From Eledone cirrhosa (Eukaryota), in assembly GCA_964016885.1 (NCBI GenBank), contig OZ024755.1, positions 41,416,001-41,480,000 on the forward strand: 64,000 nt of DNA. The letters run 5' to 3'. Under the pieces are notes generated by a model. It saw only the letters and a list, made by a program, of their open reading frames with translations, did no database searches and was not told the DNA's origin. Position 1 is the stretch's first letter. Each line of letters opens with the position of its first letter. The position numbers and the translations under genes were made by a program. Positions 1 through 12,300 of the stretch are shown here, piece after piece.

Positions 1-3000
1 TACTCTACTGTAGCCCTGTCTATTACTCTACTGTAGCCCTGTCTATTACTCTACTGCAGCCCTGTCTACTCTACTGTAGCCCTGTCTACTATACTGTAGC
101 CCTGTCTATTACTCTACTGTAGCCCTGTCTACTATACTGTAGCCCTGTCTATTACTATACTGTAGCCCTGTCTATTACACTACTGTAGCCCTGTCTACTC
201 TACTGTAGCCCTGTCTATTACTCTACTGTAGCCCTGTCTATTACTCTACTGTAGCCCTGTCTATTACACTACTGTAGCCCTGTCTATTACACTACTGTAG
301 CCCTGTCTATTACTCTACTGTAGCCCTGTCTACTATACTGTAGCCCTGTCTATTACTCTACTGCAGCCCTGTCTACTCTACTGTAGCCCTGTCTACTCTA
401 CTGTAGCCCTGTCTACTATACTGTAGCCCTGTCTACTCTACTGTAGCCCTGTCTACTCTACTGCAGCCCTGTCTACTCTACTGCAGCCCTGTCTACTATA
501 CTGTAGCCCTGTCTACTCTACTGTAGCCCTGTCTACTATACTGTAGCCCTGTCTATTACTCTACTGTAGCCCTGTCTACTATACTGTAGCCCTGTCTACT
601 ATACTGTAGCCCTGTCTATTACACTACTGTAGCCCTGTCTATTACTCTACTGTAGCCCTGTCTACTATACTGTAGCCCTGTCTATTACTCTACTGTAGCC
701 CTGTCTACTATACTGTAGCCCGGTCTACTATACTGTAGCCCGGTCTACTCTACTGTAGCCCGGTCTACTCTACTGTAGCCCGGTCTACTCTACTGTAGCC
801 CGGTCTACTCTACTGTAGCCCGGTCTACTCTACTGTAGCCCGGTCTACTCTACTGTAGCCCGGTCTACTCTACTGTAGCCCTGTCTATTACTCTACTGTA
901 GCCCTGTCTACTATACTGTAGCCCTGTCTATTACTCTACTGTAGCCCGGTCTACTCTACTGTAGCCCTGTCTACTCTACTGTAGCCCTGTCTATTACTAT
1001 ACTGTAGCCCTGTCTATTACTATACTGTAGCCCTGTCTATTACTATACTGTAGCCCTGTCTATTACTATACTGTAGCCCTGTCTATTACTATACTGTAGC
1101 CCTGTCTATTACTATACTGTAGCCCTGTCTATTACTATACTGTAGCCCTGTCTATTACTATACTGTAGCCCTGTCTATTACTATACTGTAGCCCTGTCTA
1201 TTACTATACTGTAGCCCTGTCTATTACTATACTGTAGCCCTGTCTATTACTCTACTGTAGCCCTGTCTACTCAACTGTAGCCGTCTACTCTACTGTAGCC
1301 CTGTCTACTCTACTGTAGCCCTGTCTACTCTACTGTAGCCCTGTCTACTCTACTGTAACCCTGTCTACTCTACTGTAACCCTGTCTACTCTACTGTAACC
1401 CTGTCTACTCTACTGTAACCCTGTCTACTCTACTGTAACCCTGTCTACTCTACTGTAGCCCTCTCTACTCTACTGTAACCCTGTCTACTCTACTGTAACC
1501 CTGTCTACTCTACTGTAACCCTGTCTACTCTACTGTAGCCCTGTCTACTATACTGTAGCCCTGTCTACTCTACTGTAGTCCTGTCTATTACTCTACTGTA
1601 GCCCTGTCTACTATACTGTAGCCCTGTCTATTACTCTACTGTAGCCCAGTCTACTATACTGTAGCCCTGTCTATTACTCTACTGTAGCCCAGTCTACTCT
1701 ACTGTAGCCCAGTCTACTCTACTGTAGCCCTGTCTATTACACTACTGTAGCCCTGTCTACTATACTGTATCTGTCTATTACTCTACTGTAGCCCTGTCTA
1801 TTACTCTACTGTAGCCCTGTCTATTACTCTACTGTAGCCCTGTCTATTACTCTACTGTAGCCCTGTCTATTACTCTACTGTAGCCCTGTCTATTACTCTA
1901 CTGTAGCCCTGTCTATTACTCTACTGTAGCCCTGTCTATTACTCTACTGTAGCCCTGTCTACTCTACTGTAGCCCTGTCTACTCTACTGTAACCCTGTCT
2001 ACTCTACTGTAACCCTCTCTACTCTACTGTAACCCTCTCTACTCTACTGTAACCCTCTCTACTCTACTGTAACCCTCTCTACTCTACTGTAACCCTCTCT
2101 ACTCTACTGTAACCCTCTCTACTCTACTGTAACCCTGTCTACTCTACTGTAACCCTGTCTACTCTACTGTAGCCCTGTCTACTCTACTGTAGCCCTGTCT
2201 ACTCTACTGTAGCCCTGTCTACTCTACTGTAACCCTGTCTACTCTACTGTAACCCTGTCTACTCTACTGTAGCCCTGTCTACTCTACTGTAACCCTGTCT
2301 ACTCTTCTGTAGCCCTGTCTACTCTACTGTAGCCCTGTCTACTCTACTGTAACCCTGTCTACTCTACTGTAGCCCTGTCTACTATACTGTAGCCCTGTCT
2401 ATTACTCTACTGTAGCCCTGTCTACTCTACTGTAGCCCTGTCTACTATACTGTAGCCCTGTCTATTACTGTACTGTAGCCCTGTCTACTCTACTGTAGCC
2501 CTGTCTACTCTACTGTAGCCCTGTCTACTCTACTGTAGCCCTGTCTACTCTACTGTAGCCCTGTCTACTCTACTGTAGCCCTGTCTACTCTACTGTAGCC
2601 CTGTCTACTCTACTGTAACCATGTCTACTCTACTGTAGCCCTGTCTATTACTCTACTGTAGCCCTGTCTATTACTCTACTGTAGCCCTGTCTATTAGTCT
2701 ACTGTAGCCCTGTCTACTATACTGTAGCCCTGTCTATTACTCTACTGTAGCCCTGTCTATTACTATACTGTAGCCCTATTACTCTACTGTAGCCCTGTCT
2801 ACTATACTGTAGCCCTGTCTATTACTGTACTGTAGCCCTGTCTACTCTACTGTAGCCCTGTCTACTCTACTGTAGCCCTGTCTACTCTACTGTAGCCCTG
2901 TCTACTCTACTGTAGCCCTGTCTACTCTACTGTAGCCCTGTCTACTCTACTGTAGCCCTGTCTACTCTACTGTAGCCCTGTCTACTCTACTGTAGCCCTG

Positions 3001-3566
3001 TCTACTCTACTGTAGCCCTGTCTACTCTACTGTAGCCGTCTACTCTAATGTAGCCCTGTCTACTCTACTGTAGCCCTGTCTATTACTCTACTGTAGCCCT
3101 GTCTATTACTCTACTGTAGCCCTGTCTATTACTCTACTGTAGCCCTGTCTATTACTCTACTGTAGCCCTGTCTATTACTCTACTGTAGCCCTGTCTATTA
3201 CTCTACTGTAGCCCTGTCTATTACTATACTGTAGCCCTGTCTACTATACTGTAGCCCTGTCTATTACTGTACTGTAGCCCTGTCTATTACTCTACTGTAG
3301 CCCTGTCTATTACTCTACTGTAGCCCTGTCTACTATACTGTAGCCCTGTCTATTACTCTACTGTAGCCCTGTCTACTCTACTGTAGCCCTGTCTACTCTA
3401 CTGTAGCCCTGTCTATTACTCTACTGTAGCCCTGTCTACTCTACTGTAGCCCTGTGTATTACTATACTGTAGCCCTGTGTATTACTCTACTGTAGCCCTG
3501 TCTACTCTACTCTACTGTAGCCCTGTCTACTATACTGTAGCCCTGTGTATTACTATACTGTAGCCC
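1..3566. repeat. Minisatellite with mixed 20/23-bp units TACTCTACTGTAGCCCTGTC(TAT), ~165 copies, runs off the window start
   Basis: Direct tandem periodicity; variant blocks (cccgg, taacc, ctctct) are clustered. Confidence 0.98.
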
Positions 3567-3648
3567 TGTGGGTTGTAAAAAAGGGTTGCTGCAGAGAAGG
3601 GCAATCAGGTATAAAACATTGCTGCATGATCTGTATGAAACTTGGCAT

Positions 3649-3826
3649 GGGGCTGATAAGCTAACCCCAGCTTTAGGAAGGATGGGGTCTGATAAGCTAA
3701 TCCCAGCTTTAGGAAGGATGGGGTCTGATAAGCTAACCCCAGCTTTAGGAAGGATGGGGTCTGATAAGCTAACCCCAGCTTTAGGAAGGATGGGGTCTGA
3801 TAAGCTAACCCCAGCTTTAGGAAGGA
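3649..3826. repeat. 36-bp tandem repeat, ~5 copies (GGGGTCTGATAAGCTAACCCCAGCTTTAGGAAGGAT)
   Basis: Direct repeats with no spacers; source of the 12-aa periodic ORFs. Confidence 0.95.
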
Positions 3827-3857
3827 AAAATGGCCTTAACCCTTTTGCGACCATATG

Positions 3858-5050
3858 TCATCATCATCATCATTTAACGTCCATCTTCCACGCTAGCATG
3901 GGTTAGACGGGAGTTGTCCCACTTGAGGCAAGGTTGGTTGGGTGACTGTGTCTCGCTCATATAGGACTATCTGGCAGGTTTTCTACGGCTGGATGCCCTT
4001 CCTAACACCAACCACATTTACAGTGAGGAACTGGAGGCACATGGCTTAGAGGTTAGAGCATTGGCCTTGCAATCGAAAGGTTGTGAGTTCAATTCTCAGA
4101 CCGGGTGATGTGTTGTTTCCTTCAGCAAGACACTTTTTTCACATTGCTCCAGTTTACTCAGCTGTAGAAATGAGATGATAGGGACTGGGGTCCCTATCAT
4201 TCCACTGCAAAGTGGTCGTGGAGGTGCCACGGCAAAAAAGCACCCAGCACTCACTGTAAATGAGGTTGGTGTTATGAAAGGCATCCAGCTGTAGAAATCA
4301 AGCCAGAATCAGTTCCCGTCCCACCCTTGCAAGCAGGGAAAAGCGGATGTAAAATGAAATGATGATGATGAACTGGGAACTTTTTACCCTGTTACCTACA
4401 CGGCCACATTACAGCGTGGACTGTGTTTTTTTGTCGTGACACCTACACGATCTTGATCTCATCATCTCATTTATTTGGACTGGATGTTGTGGTACCAACT
4501 TTACAGAGAGAGGGTGGTGTTGGTGGGAGTGGGAGGATAAGTGTGTAAGGTCGGAATTTATCAGATCGTCCCAGGTTTTTCTGGGTCTACCTACTCCGTA
4601 ACTACCATCAATTTTGATCACCCTGCACTTTTTTATACAGCTGTCGTCTTTCATGCGCATCACGTGGCCATACCAACGTAGTCTTTTATCGAGTAAACAG
4701 CATCTGATCCATCTTATTCCTACTTAGTTCATTCATGCTTTGCCGTTCACGTATATTACTATTACACATCCAACGGAGCATGCATGCTTCGTTCCTTTCC
4801 ACGCAATGCCCATGTCTCACTGCCATGTAGCATTGCTGTTCGTATGCAGGCATCATACAATCTGCCTTTCATTTTCAGAGAGAAACCTTTTATGGCCAAC
4901 ATCGGTATAAGCTCTCTGAACTTTTTCCATCCCGTTCTGACTCTGGCTGCTGTACTTTCAGAACACCCTCCACCACTACTGATTTTGTCACCCAGGTAAC
5001 GGAAAGTGTCCACTATTTCTATAGAACCATCTGGGCAATAGAAGGAGCTA
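3858..5050 (-). mobile_element. 5'-truncated RTE LINE (ORF C-terminus + 3'UTR + (GAT)n tail), interrupted by a SINE
   Basis: FRYLGDKISSGGG..HGSETW and GRPRKTW peptides; 3'UTR matches the 34.3-34.7 kb copy. Confidence 0.92.
4033..4370 (+). mobile_element. tRNA-derived SINE, family A, with RTE-like 3' tail
   Basis: A box TGGCTTAGAGG, B box GAGTTCAATTC; near-identical copies at 40112, 41901, 45317; (GAT)n tail; GAACTGG duplicated at the ends. Confidence 0.9.
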
Positions 5051-5252
5051 GTAATTTAAAGAATATACTGCATTTGTGTTTTAATTACCACAATAATGAA
5101 GATAATGAGAGGTTGTGAAATAACTAACTCTGAACTGAATAATAGAAAACAAATGTTTAACTACTGATATCTAGGAGATTTCAATTCAAGATTTTTATTG
5201 AAATTTAAACACTTTAATAGAGGCACATTCGGGCAGACTGGTTTTTAGAGGG

Positions 5253-5552
5253 TTAACCCTTTAACATTTACATTACTCTATATATACCATTGTATTTTCA
5301 CTGTAAAGGCTTTACCTCACATAATATCTCACATAACATTTACATTACTCAAAATATACTATTGTATTTTCACAGTAAAGGATTTACCTCACATAACATT
5401 TACATTACATAATTATCTCACATAATATCGAATCTACGAGATTTTGATATTTATTTTGAGAACAATACGTTAACATCAGTATGAGCAGCTGGTTATATCA
5501 GAAAGTGAGAGAATTGTGGCCGGAAATGGCCGGTTTAAATGCTAAAGGGATA
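5253..5552. mobile_element. TTAA-flanked MITE (piggyBac-like ends)
   Basis: TTAACCCTTTAACATTTA ... TAAATGCTAAAGGGATAA imperfect TIR; homologous to the element at 31477. Confidence 0.6.
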
Positions 5553-5634
5553 AAACATTTGTTGTGAGAAGACACAAAACTGAAAAAGCAAATAAAAAAA
5601 AAGACATAGAAAGGTGGTAAATGGAGAAAGAAAC

Positions 5635-5719
5635 CTTTAGAAGTGTTTGCCCGACATTGGTAGTCTTGATCAGCAGTGTGTTGTTCTCAGCTCCATTAAC
5701 AATCTGCAGAAGATCATAA
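5635..5719 (-). CDS. NUP210: Nup210 exon m (.YDLLQIVNGAENNTLLIKTTNVGQTLLK)
   Basis: ttttctag|T ... AAG|gtttct; 85 nt, phase 2-0; NNT..VG.TLL motif. Confidence 0.88.
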
Positions 5720-8700
5720 CTAGAAAAAAAAAAAAGAGAGAGAAAATACTTTTAATGAGATATTCATCATCATCATCACTGTTTTATGTCCATTTTCCCT
5801 GCTGGCATGGGATGAATAAGTTGTTAGAGTTGAAGAGAAGTCATCTTGCTCATATATTCCATATTTGACATGATTTCTATGGCTGAATGCTCTTCCTAAT
5901 AACCAACCACTTTACAGAGTGGACTGGGTGTATTATATTGTAGCAACACCACTACCACTTTACAGAGTGGACTGGGCGTATTATATTGTAGCACCACCAC
6001 TACCACTTTACAGTGTACTGGGCGTATTATATTGTAGCACCACCACTACCACATTACAGAGTGTACTAGGTGTATTATATTGTACCACTACCACTTTACA
6101 GAGTGTACTGGGCATATTATATTGTAGCACCACCACTACCACATTACAGAGTGTACTAGGTGTATTATGTTGTACCACTACTACTTTACAGAGTGTACTG
6201 GGTGTAGTATATCATGACACCAACACTACCACTTTACAGAGTGGACTGGGCATATTATATTGTAGCACCAATACTACCACTTTACAGAGTGTACTGGGTG
6301 TATTATGTAGCACCAACACTACCACTTTATAGAGTGTACTGGGTGTATTATATTGTGGTACCAACACTACCACTTTATAGAGTGTACTGGGTGTATTATA
6401 TTGTAGCACCAACACTACCACTTTACAGAGTGTACTGGGTGTATTATATTGTAGCACCACCACTACCACTTTACAGAGTGTACTGGGTGTATTATATTGT
6501 AGCACCACCACTACTACCACTTTACAGAGTGTACTGGGTGTATTATATTGTGGTACCAACACTACCACTTTATAGAGTGTACTGGGTGTATTATATTGTA
6601 GCACCAGCACTACCACTTTACAGAGTGTACTGGGTGTATTATATTGTAGCACCACCACTACCACTTTACAGAGTGTACTGGGTGTATTATATTGTAGCAC
6701 CAGCACTTTACAAAATGTACTGGGTGTATTATATCATGACACCAACACTACCACTTTACACAGTGGACTGGGTGTATTATATTATGGTACCAACACTACC
6801 ACTTTACAGAGTGGACTGGGTGTATTGTATCATGCTTGCAAATATAAGCATTGAAAGCCAGCATGTGTACACGAGAACAACATGTGTGTGCAATATATGC
6901 TTACAGAGTTAGAGAGGAAAAAATGTGTACTTAAGGGAAGGCAAGTAAGGAGAGAGAGAGAGTGTGTGTTGAGGGACAGTAAGTATTCCAAACGTTTATA
7001 CTACAAGGAATATTGTAGGGGGAGAGAGCGAGGGGGGGGGGGGGTAAAGTAGAATTGTGCCAAGGAAAATTTGTCTTCACTTCCAGATTCCTTCCTCCCA
7101 ACAACTTCTACTGAAAATGTGTCTCTGTTGGTCATCCATCCCTACCAACGGAGTGAAGTCATTCATGACAGTCGTGGCCTTTCACAGAACAGCATATATA
7201 AAGTAGACAGTCGAAAATGTGGATTACCATATATGGTGTGTTGTTGGAATGGTCACTGATTGACAATATCTTCCCCCATCGTAGTAAGACATGGCTGCTG
7301 GATGTAGATGTGCCAACATTAGAAAGAAAAGCAGCCAGCATACTTTACTGGCTGTGTAGTCACCATCATTATTTAACATCCATTTCCCATGCTTGCATGG
7401 GTTAGACAGGTTGTCACATTTATGGGACTATTCAAGTCAGGTGATAATGTCTTGATCATAAGGATCTATATTTTAGCTTGGTTTCCACAACTGAATGCCC
7501 TTCATAACAACAACCATGTTACAGTGCATGAATAACAAAACACAGATGAGTTAAGAGAAAAATTAGACATAAAGAATCAGATGCAATGTGCAAGAGAGAT
7601 GACTGCTCTGGTATGGACATGTAATGATCATTGGGTGAAGAAGTACCAAGAGAACTGATCTAAAAACAGTTAACCTCACAGAGAAGATGAAGGAGTGTAA
7701 CAATTGGAGTGAAGCTATGCTAGAGAAAACCCATCCAACCCACGTAGGCATGGAAAAATGATAAAGATAAGCAGTGTTGTCAGTTGGAAAACTTACCGGT
7801 TGCATGTGAACTTGGTCTGGATGTTGGTAGCATGAAAGATGTGACCAATCTCATCATGGAATGACACATGAATGGACAAAGTGGCACCAAGAGGAAGAGC
7901 AGAAAGGCTGCCACTTTTGGACTTAAATACTGTATCGACACTAAGCATTAAGAAGGAGACTGGCTTCACCTTGAAAGAGAAACAACTGGATTTAGATTTC
8001 CTAAATATAGACATGTACCACCACCACCAATACCATCTACAATGATAATCCAATGAGGGATCTGCATAAAAGAAGATGGAGATGACTGGAAATCTTTTGA
8101 TTAATCCTTTCGTATAATAAAGAAAAGAGTGCGGGACTGCATCCAGAATATGTTTTTTTTATCCCGTTTGTAAAATAAGTTGGATTACTTTGAATAAATA
8201 ATTGTTTCTTCATTTGGCACAAGGCCAGCAAATACCCAGTGCATTACTGGTACTTTATTTTATCGACCCTGTAAGGATGAATATTATGAATGAATATTAC
8301 ATAATTTGTTTACTAAATTTCATAATTCTTGATTAAATATAAATAATTTTGTTATTTTAAGATTCACTTCTTTAAAATTTTCAAATGTCAACACTTCCAG
8401 TTAGCGATTGCTTATATAAACATTCATATATTTCCGTCACTAAATTTTCTCCTAATGCAGTTTATATATAATACTGTCTTTTTTTTAATGTATCATGGAT
8501 TACATTACTGATTACATAAGGCAGTGTAACACAGATTCTCTTCAAATTCTGTGTATATTGTCAATTACGATTTCATTTGATGTATCATATCTACATGTAT
8601 ATATACTTGTGTATAATATCAATATACACACTACACATACTAGCAGAAAAACCACCCAAAGGGTGGTTTTTCTGCTAGAGTGTGTAATGAAAGATATTAC

Positions 8701-9291
8701 CTAGGATTTTCAAATAAGTTTAACTAACTTTATCTATAACTAAGCTTGTGTTTGGAACATAATATGACGGAAGGACTTTAGATAAATGTTATCATTTCAA
8801 TCTTTTCGTCACCATATTTCTGATGAGAGACAATGCTTATGGTGGCTTTCAAATGTTATAAAAATAATCAAAAATTTTAATGGATTTAATAATATAACCA
8901 ACTTTCTCAACATTAAATTTGTGTTTGCAACATAAAGGTTGTTACATAAAATTATAATAGAGTTTTTTTTTTTTAAATATATAGTTTAGTATCTTAGAAT
9001 GAGGGACAGTTTCAAGCAGTTTGGTATCAGAAGTGTTAAGACGGTAAACATAAAAAAAAACTGCCATGGCGTGGGGACAAATACTCACTACAACATTAAC
9101 GACCATTGTTTGGTTGATACCAAAATCTTCCACTGCAGTTACCACAAGAGTTATCTGCCCAGTTTTAGAACCAGTTGAAAGGATACCATTTTCTCGGACT
9201 GTTAGTTCTGCTGCTTTTTCACCAGGTCGGCTGCTTGTCTTGTATATTAAACGTACAGAATTATCCCTAAAAAATTAAAAAAATTAAAAAT

Positions 9292-9326
<35 letters not shown>

Positions 9327-12300
9327 ATGAGAAAAAACTCAACCCATGGATTCCTGCCAATAACTGTGTCAGGTAAAATCTTACCTCAAAGGACAGGAAC
9401 CAACAACTAGAAGTTGGCCTGGAGAACTGAGAGAGGAACAAGGGAAGAACATGGAGAAACTGAAAATGAACGAAATTTGTGTGATTTCTTTCATTTTCAG
9501 TTTCTCCATTTTCTACCTTTGCTGCTCTATTGCAGAGTTGTTAGAATGTCAGGTTGGGAATGTTATGTGAATTGGTAGAGTTTTGGGAATGTTATGTGAA
9601 TTGGTAGAGTTCGAATGTTGAGTTGTGAGAATTATTTGATAGGAATTTTGAGGTATTTATAACAATTATTAATTATTTCATTACTGAGATATCATTTGAA
9701 GGACTTACTAATGTTTTTATTTATTAATTATTTTATTAGTAACTTAACATGTGGTTCTTGTATAAAATTATGTTGGAAGATTTTAGGAAGATGCTATGTA
9801 GCCGGTCGCGGTAAAATAGACGCCCAGGCTATGTAGCCGGTAAGAGTGTCAGACTCCATGTGTTGCGGCCCTTTATGGTCTGAGTTAAGACAATTTAAAA
9901 TCTTTTCCACCATCAATTGTTAAAAAACAAGTTAAAATCATTTTGTCGTCCATTTGTAACGTACGTTACACTTTAGTTACATACACATATACTATGTTAC
10001 ATACACACATCTACTGTGTTACATACACACACATCAACTGGGTTACATACACACACATCTACTGCGTTACACACACATCTACTGTGTTACACACACATCT
10101 ACTGTGTTACATACACACACATCTACTGAGTTACATACACACACATCTACTGTGTTACATACACACACATCTACTGTGTTACATACACACACATCTTCTG
10201 TGTTACATACACACATCTACTATGTTACATACACACATCTACTGTGTTACATACACACACCTGTGTTACATACACACACATCTACTGAGTTACATACACA
10301 CACATCTACTGTGTTACATACACACACATCTACTGTGTTACACACATCTATGTTACATACACACAATCTACTGTGTTACATACACACATCTACTGAGTTA
10401 CATACACACACATCTACTGAGTTACATACACACACATGTACTGTGTTACATACACACATCTACTGTGTTACATACATACACATCTACTGTGTTACATACA
10501 TACACATCTACTGTGTTACATACATACACATCTACTGTGTTACATACATACACATCTACTGTGTTACACACACACACATCTACCGTGTTACACACACACA
10601 TCTACCGTGTTACACACACACATCTACCGTGTTACACACACACATCTACTGAGTTACATACACATATACTGAGTTACATGCAAACACACATCTACTGTGT
10701 TACATATACACATCTACTGTGTTACACACACATACATCTACTGAGTTATATACACACACATCTACTGTGTTACACACACATCTACTGTGATACACACACA
10801 CACATCTACTCATACATATTCATAAATAGACACACATTATACAAATAATTATTACATACACACACATCTCTATAATAATTCAGGAAGGAAGGGGCTGGTG
10901 AAACGCTATAGCAATGTGTGTGTGTTGTGTACCTTTCAGGTTTACCGGTTTCGTAGCCTATTTGAAGATTTTATTATAATTATGAACCTTATAATTCAAT
11001 TAATTATGAATAATTTTGAGCTATTTATCACAATTGTTAGTTAATTACTAACATAGTAACTTACCATATGGTTGTTATATAGAATTTTGTTGGAAGACTA
11101 TAATTTAGATAGGAACCATTTCCATAGAACGAGAACTAATTTTGGCTGGGTTTCTACCAAAAGGGTTAATGAAGAATTTTGAACAATTTACTAAAATTAT
11201 TAATTATTTCATTACTAAGATAATGTGTGAATACACAATTATATGTGTGTATATATATATATATAAACAGTATATATATATATATAGTATATATATATAT
11301 AAACAGTATATATATATAAACAGTATATATATATATAAACAGTATATATATATAGTATATATATATATAAACAGTATATATATAGTATACAAAAGATGTA
11401 GTGGGATAGTGTGTAGTCTTAAGACAAGTCTGTCCAGATAGCTGCGCTGTAACTTACACTTATTGGGACTGTGTGTTGGCAAGCAGGCCTGTATTTTGGG
11501 ATCTAGCTGGTCCATTATGAGGGAGGTCTGGTTAGTTGGCAGCACCATGCCTTACTTGTGGTATATGTATGTATAGAAATAAGTTATTGTATATGCATAA
11601 CTGTCCATCTATATGTATACATGTATGTTTACGTATATCTTTGCATACATATATACATTTTCAGATGTATACACGTAATGGTCACCCGGATAGTAAACCA
11701 AGTCATACAGAATGGGGTTGTTCTGAAGGACTGGCGTAGCAGCATCATCATTAACTGTTACAAGGGTAAAGGAGATGCCCTAGATAGGAGTAACTATAGA
11801 GGCATTAAATTAATCGACCAGGTCATGAAGGTCACGGAAAAAGTAATAGCGCAACTAATCAGAGAGAGAATTGATCTAGATGAAATGCAGTTCGGGTTTG
11901 TGTCAGGTAAAAGTACCACAGACGCTCTTTTCATTGTACGACAACTACAGGAGAAGTACCTAGCTAAAAGTAAACCCCTATACTTAGCTTTTGTTGACTT
12001 GGAGAAAGCCTTCGACAGAGTCCCCCGTTCCATTATCTGGTGGGCTCTTAGAAAACTAGGTGTTGACGAATGGCTTGTGAGAGCTATACGAGCCATGTAT
12101 AAAGTCAGCAAGGTTAGAATTAACAACGAATATAGTGAAGAGTTTAGCGTAAAAGTTGGTGTTCATCAGGGCTCCGTCCTTAGCCCCCTACTATTTATTA
12201 TTGCCCTTCAGGCTATAACAGTGGAGTTCAAGACCGGCTGCCCATGGGAACTCCTATACGCAGATGATCTAACGCTCATAGCTGAATCAATGGCCGAGCT

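Noticed and set aside
3507-3906. ORFs with 12-aa repeats / 36-bp CRISPR-sized repeat
   Set aside because: Spacerless tandem repeat whose length is a multiple of 3; open on both strands; no splice or homology support.
4033-4105. tRNA genes at 4033, 40112, 41901, 45317
   Set aside because: A and B boxes present, but no proper acceptor stem; each continues into a shared SINE body and tail.
5919-6912. Repetitive ORFs of 137-232 aa
   Set aside because: Artefacts of the RTE-3'UTR-derived minisatellite.
9943-10848. 301-aa His/Thr/Tyr-rich ORF
   Set aside because: Translation of a CA-rich minisatellite.
11558-11675. N-terminal extension of the 416-aa RT ORF
   Set aside because: Low-complexity flank fused in frame by chance to a 5'-truncated LINE; not a domesticated gene on this evidence.
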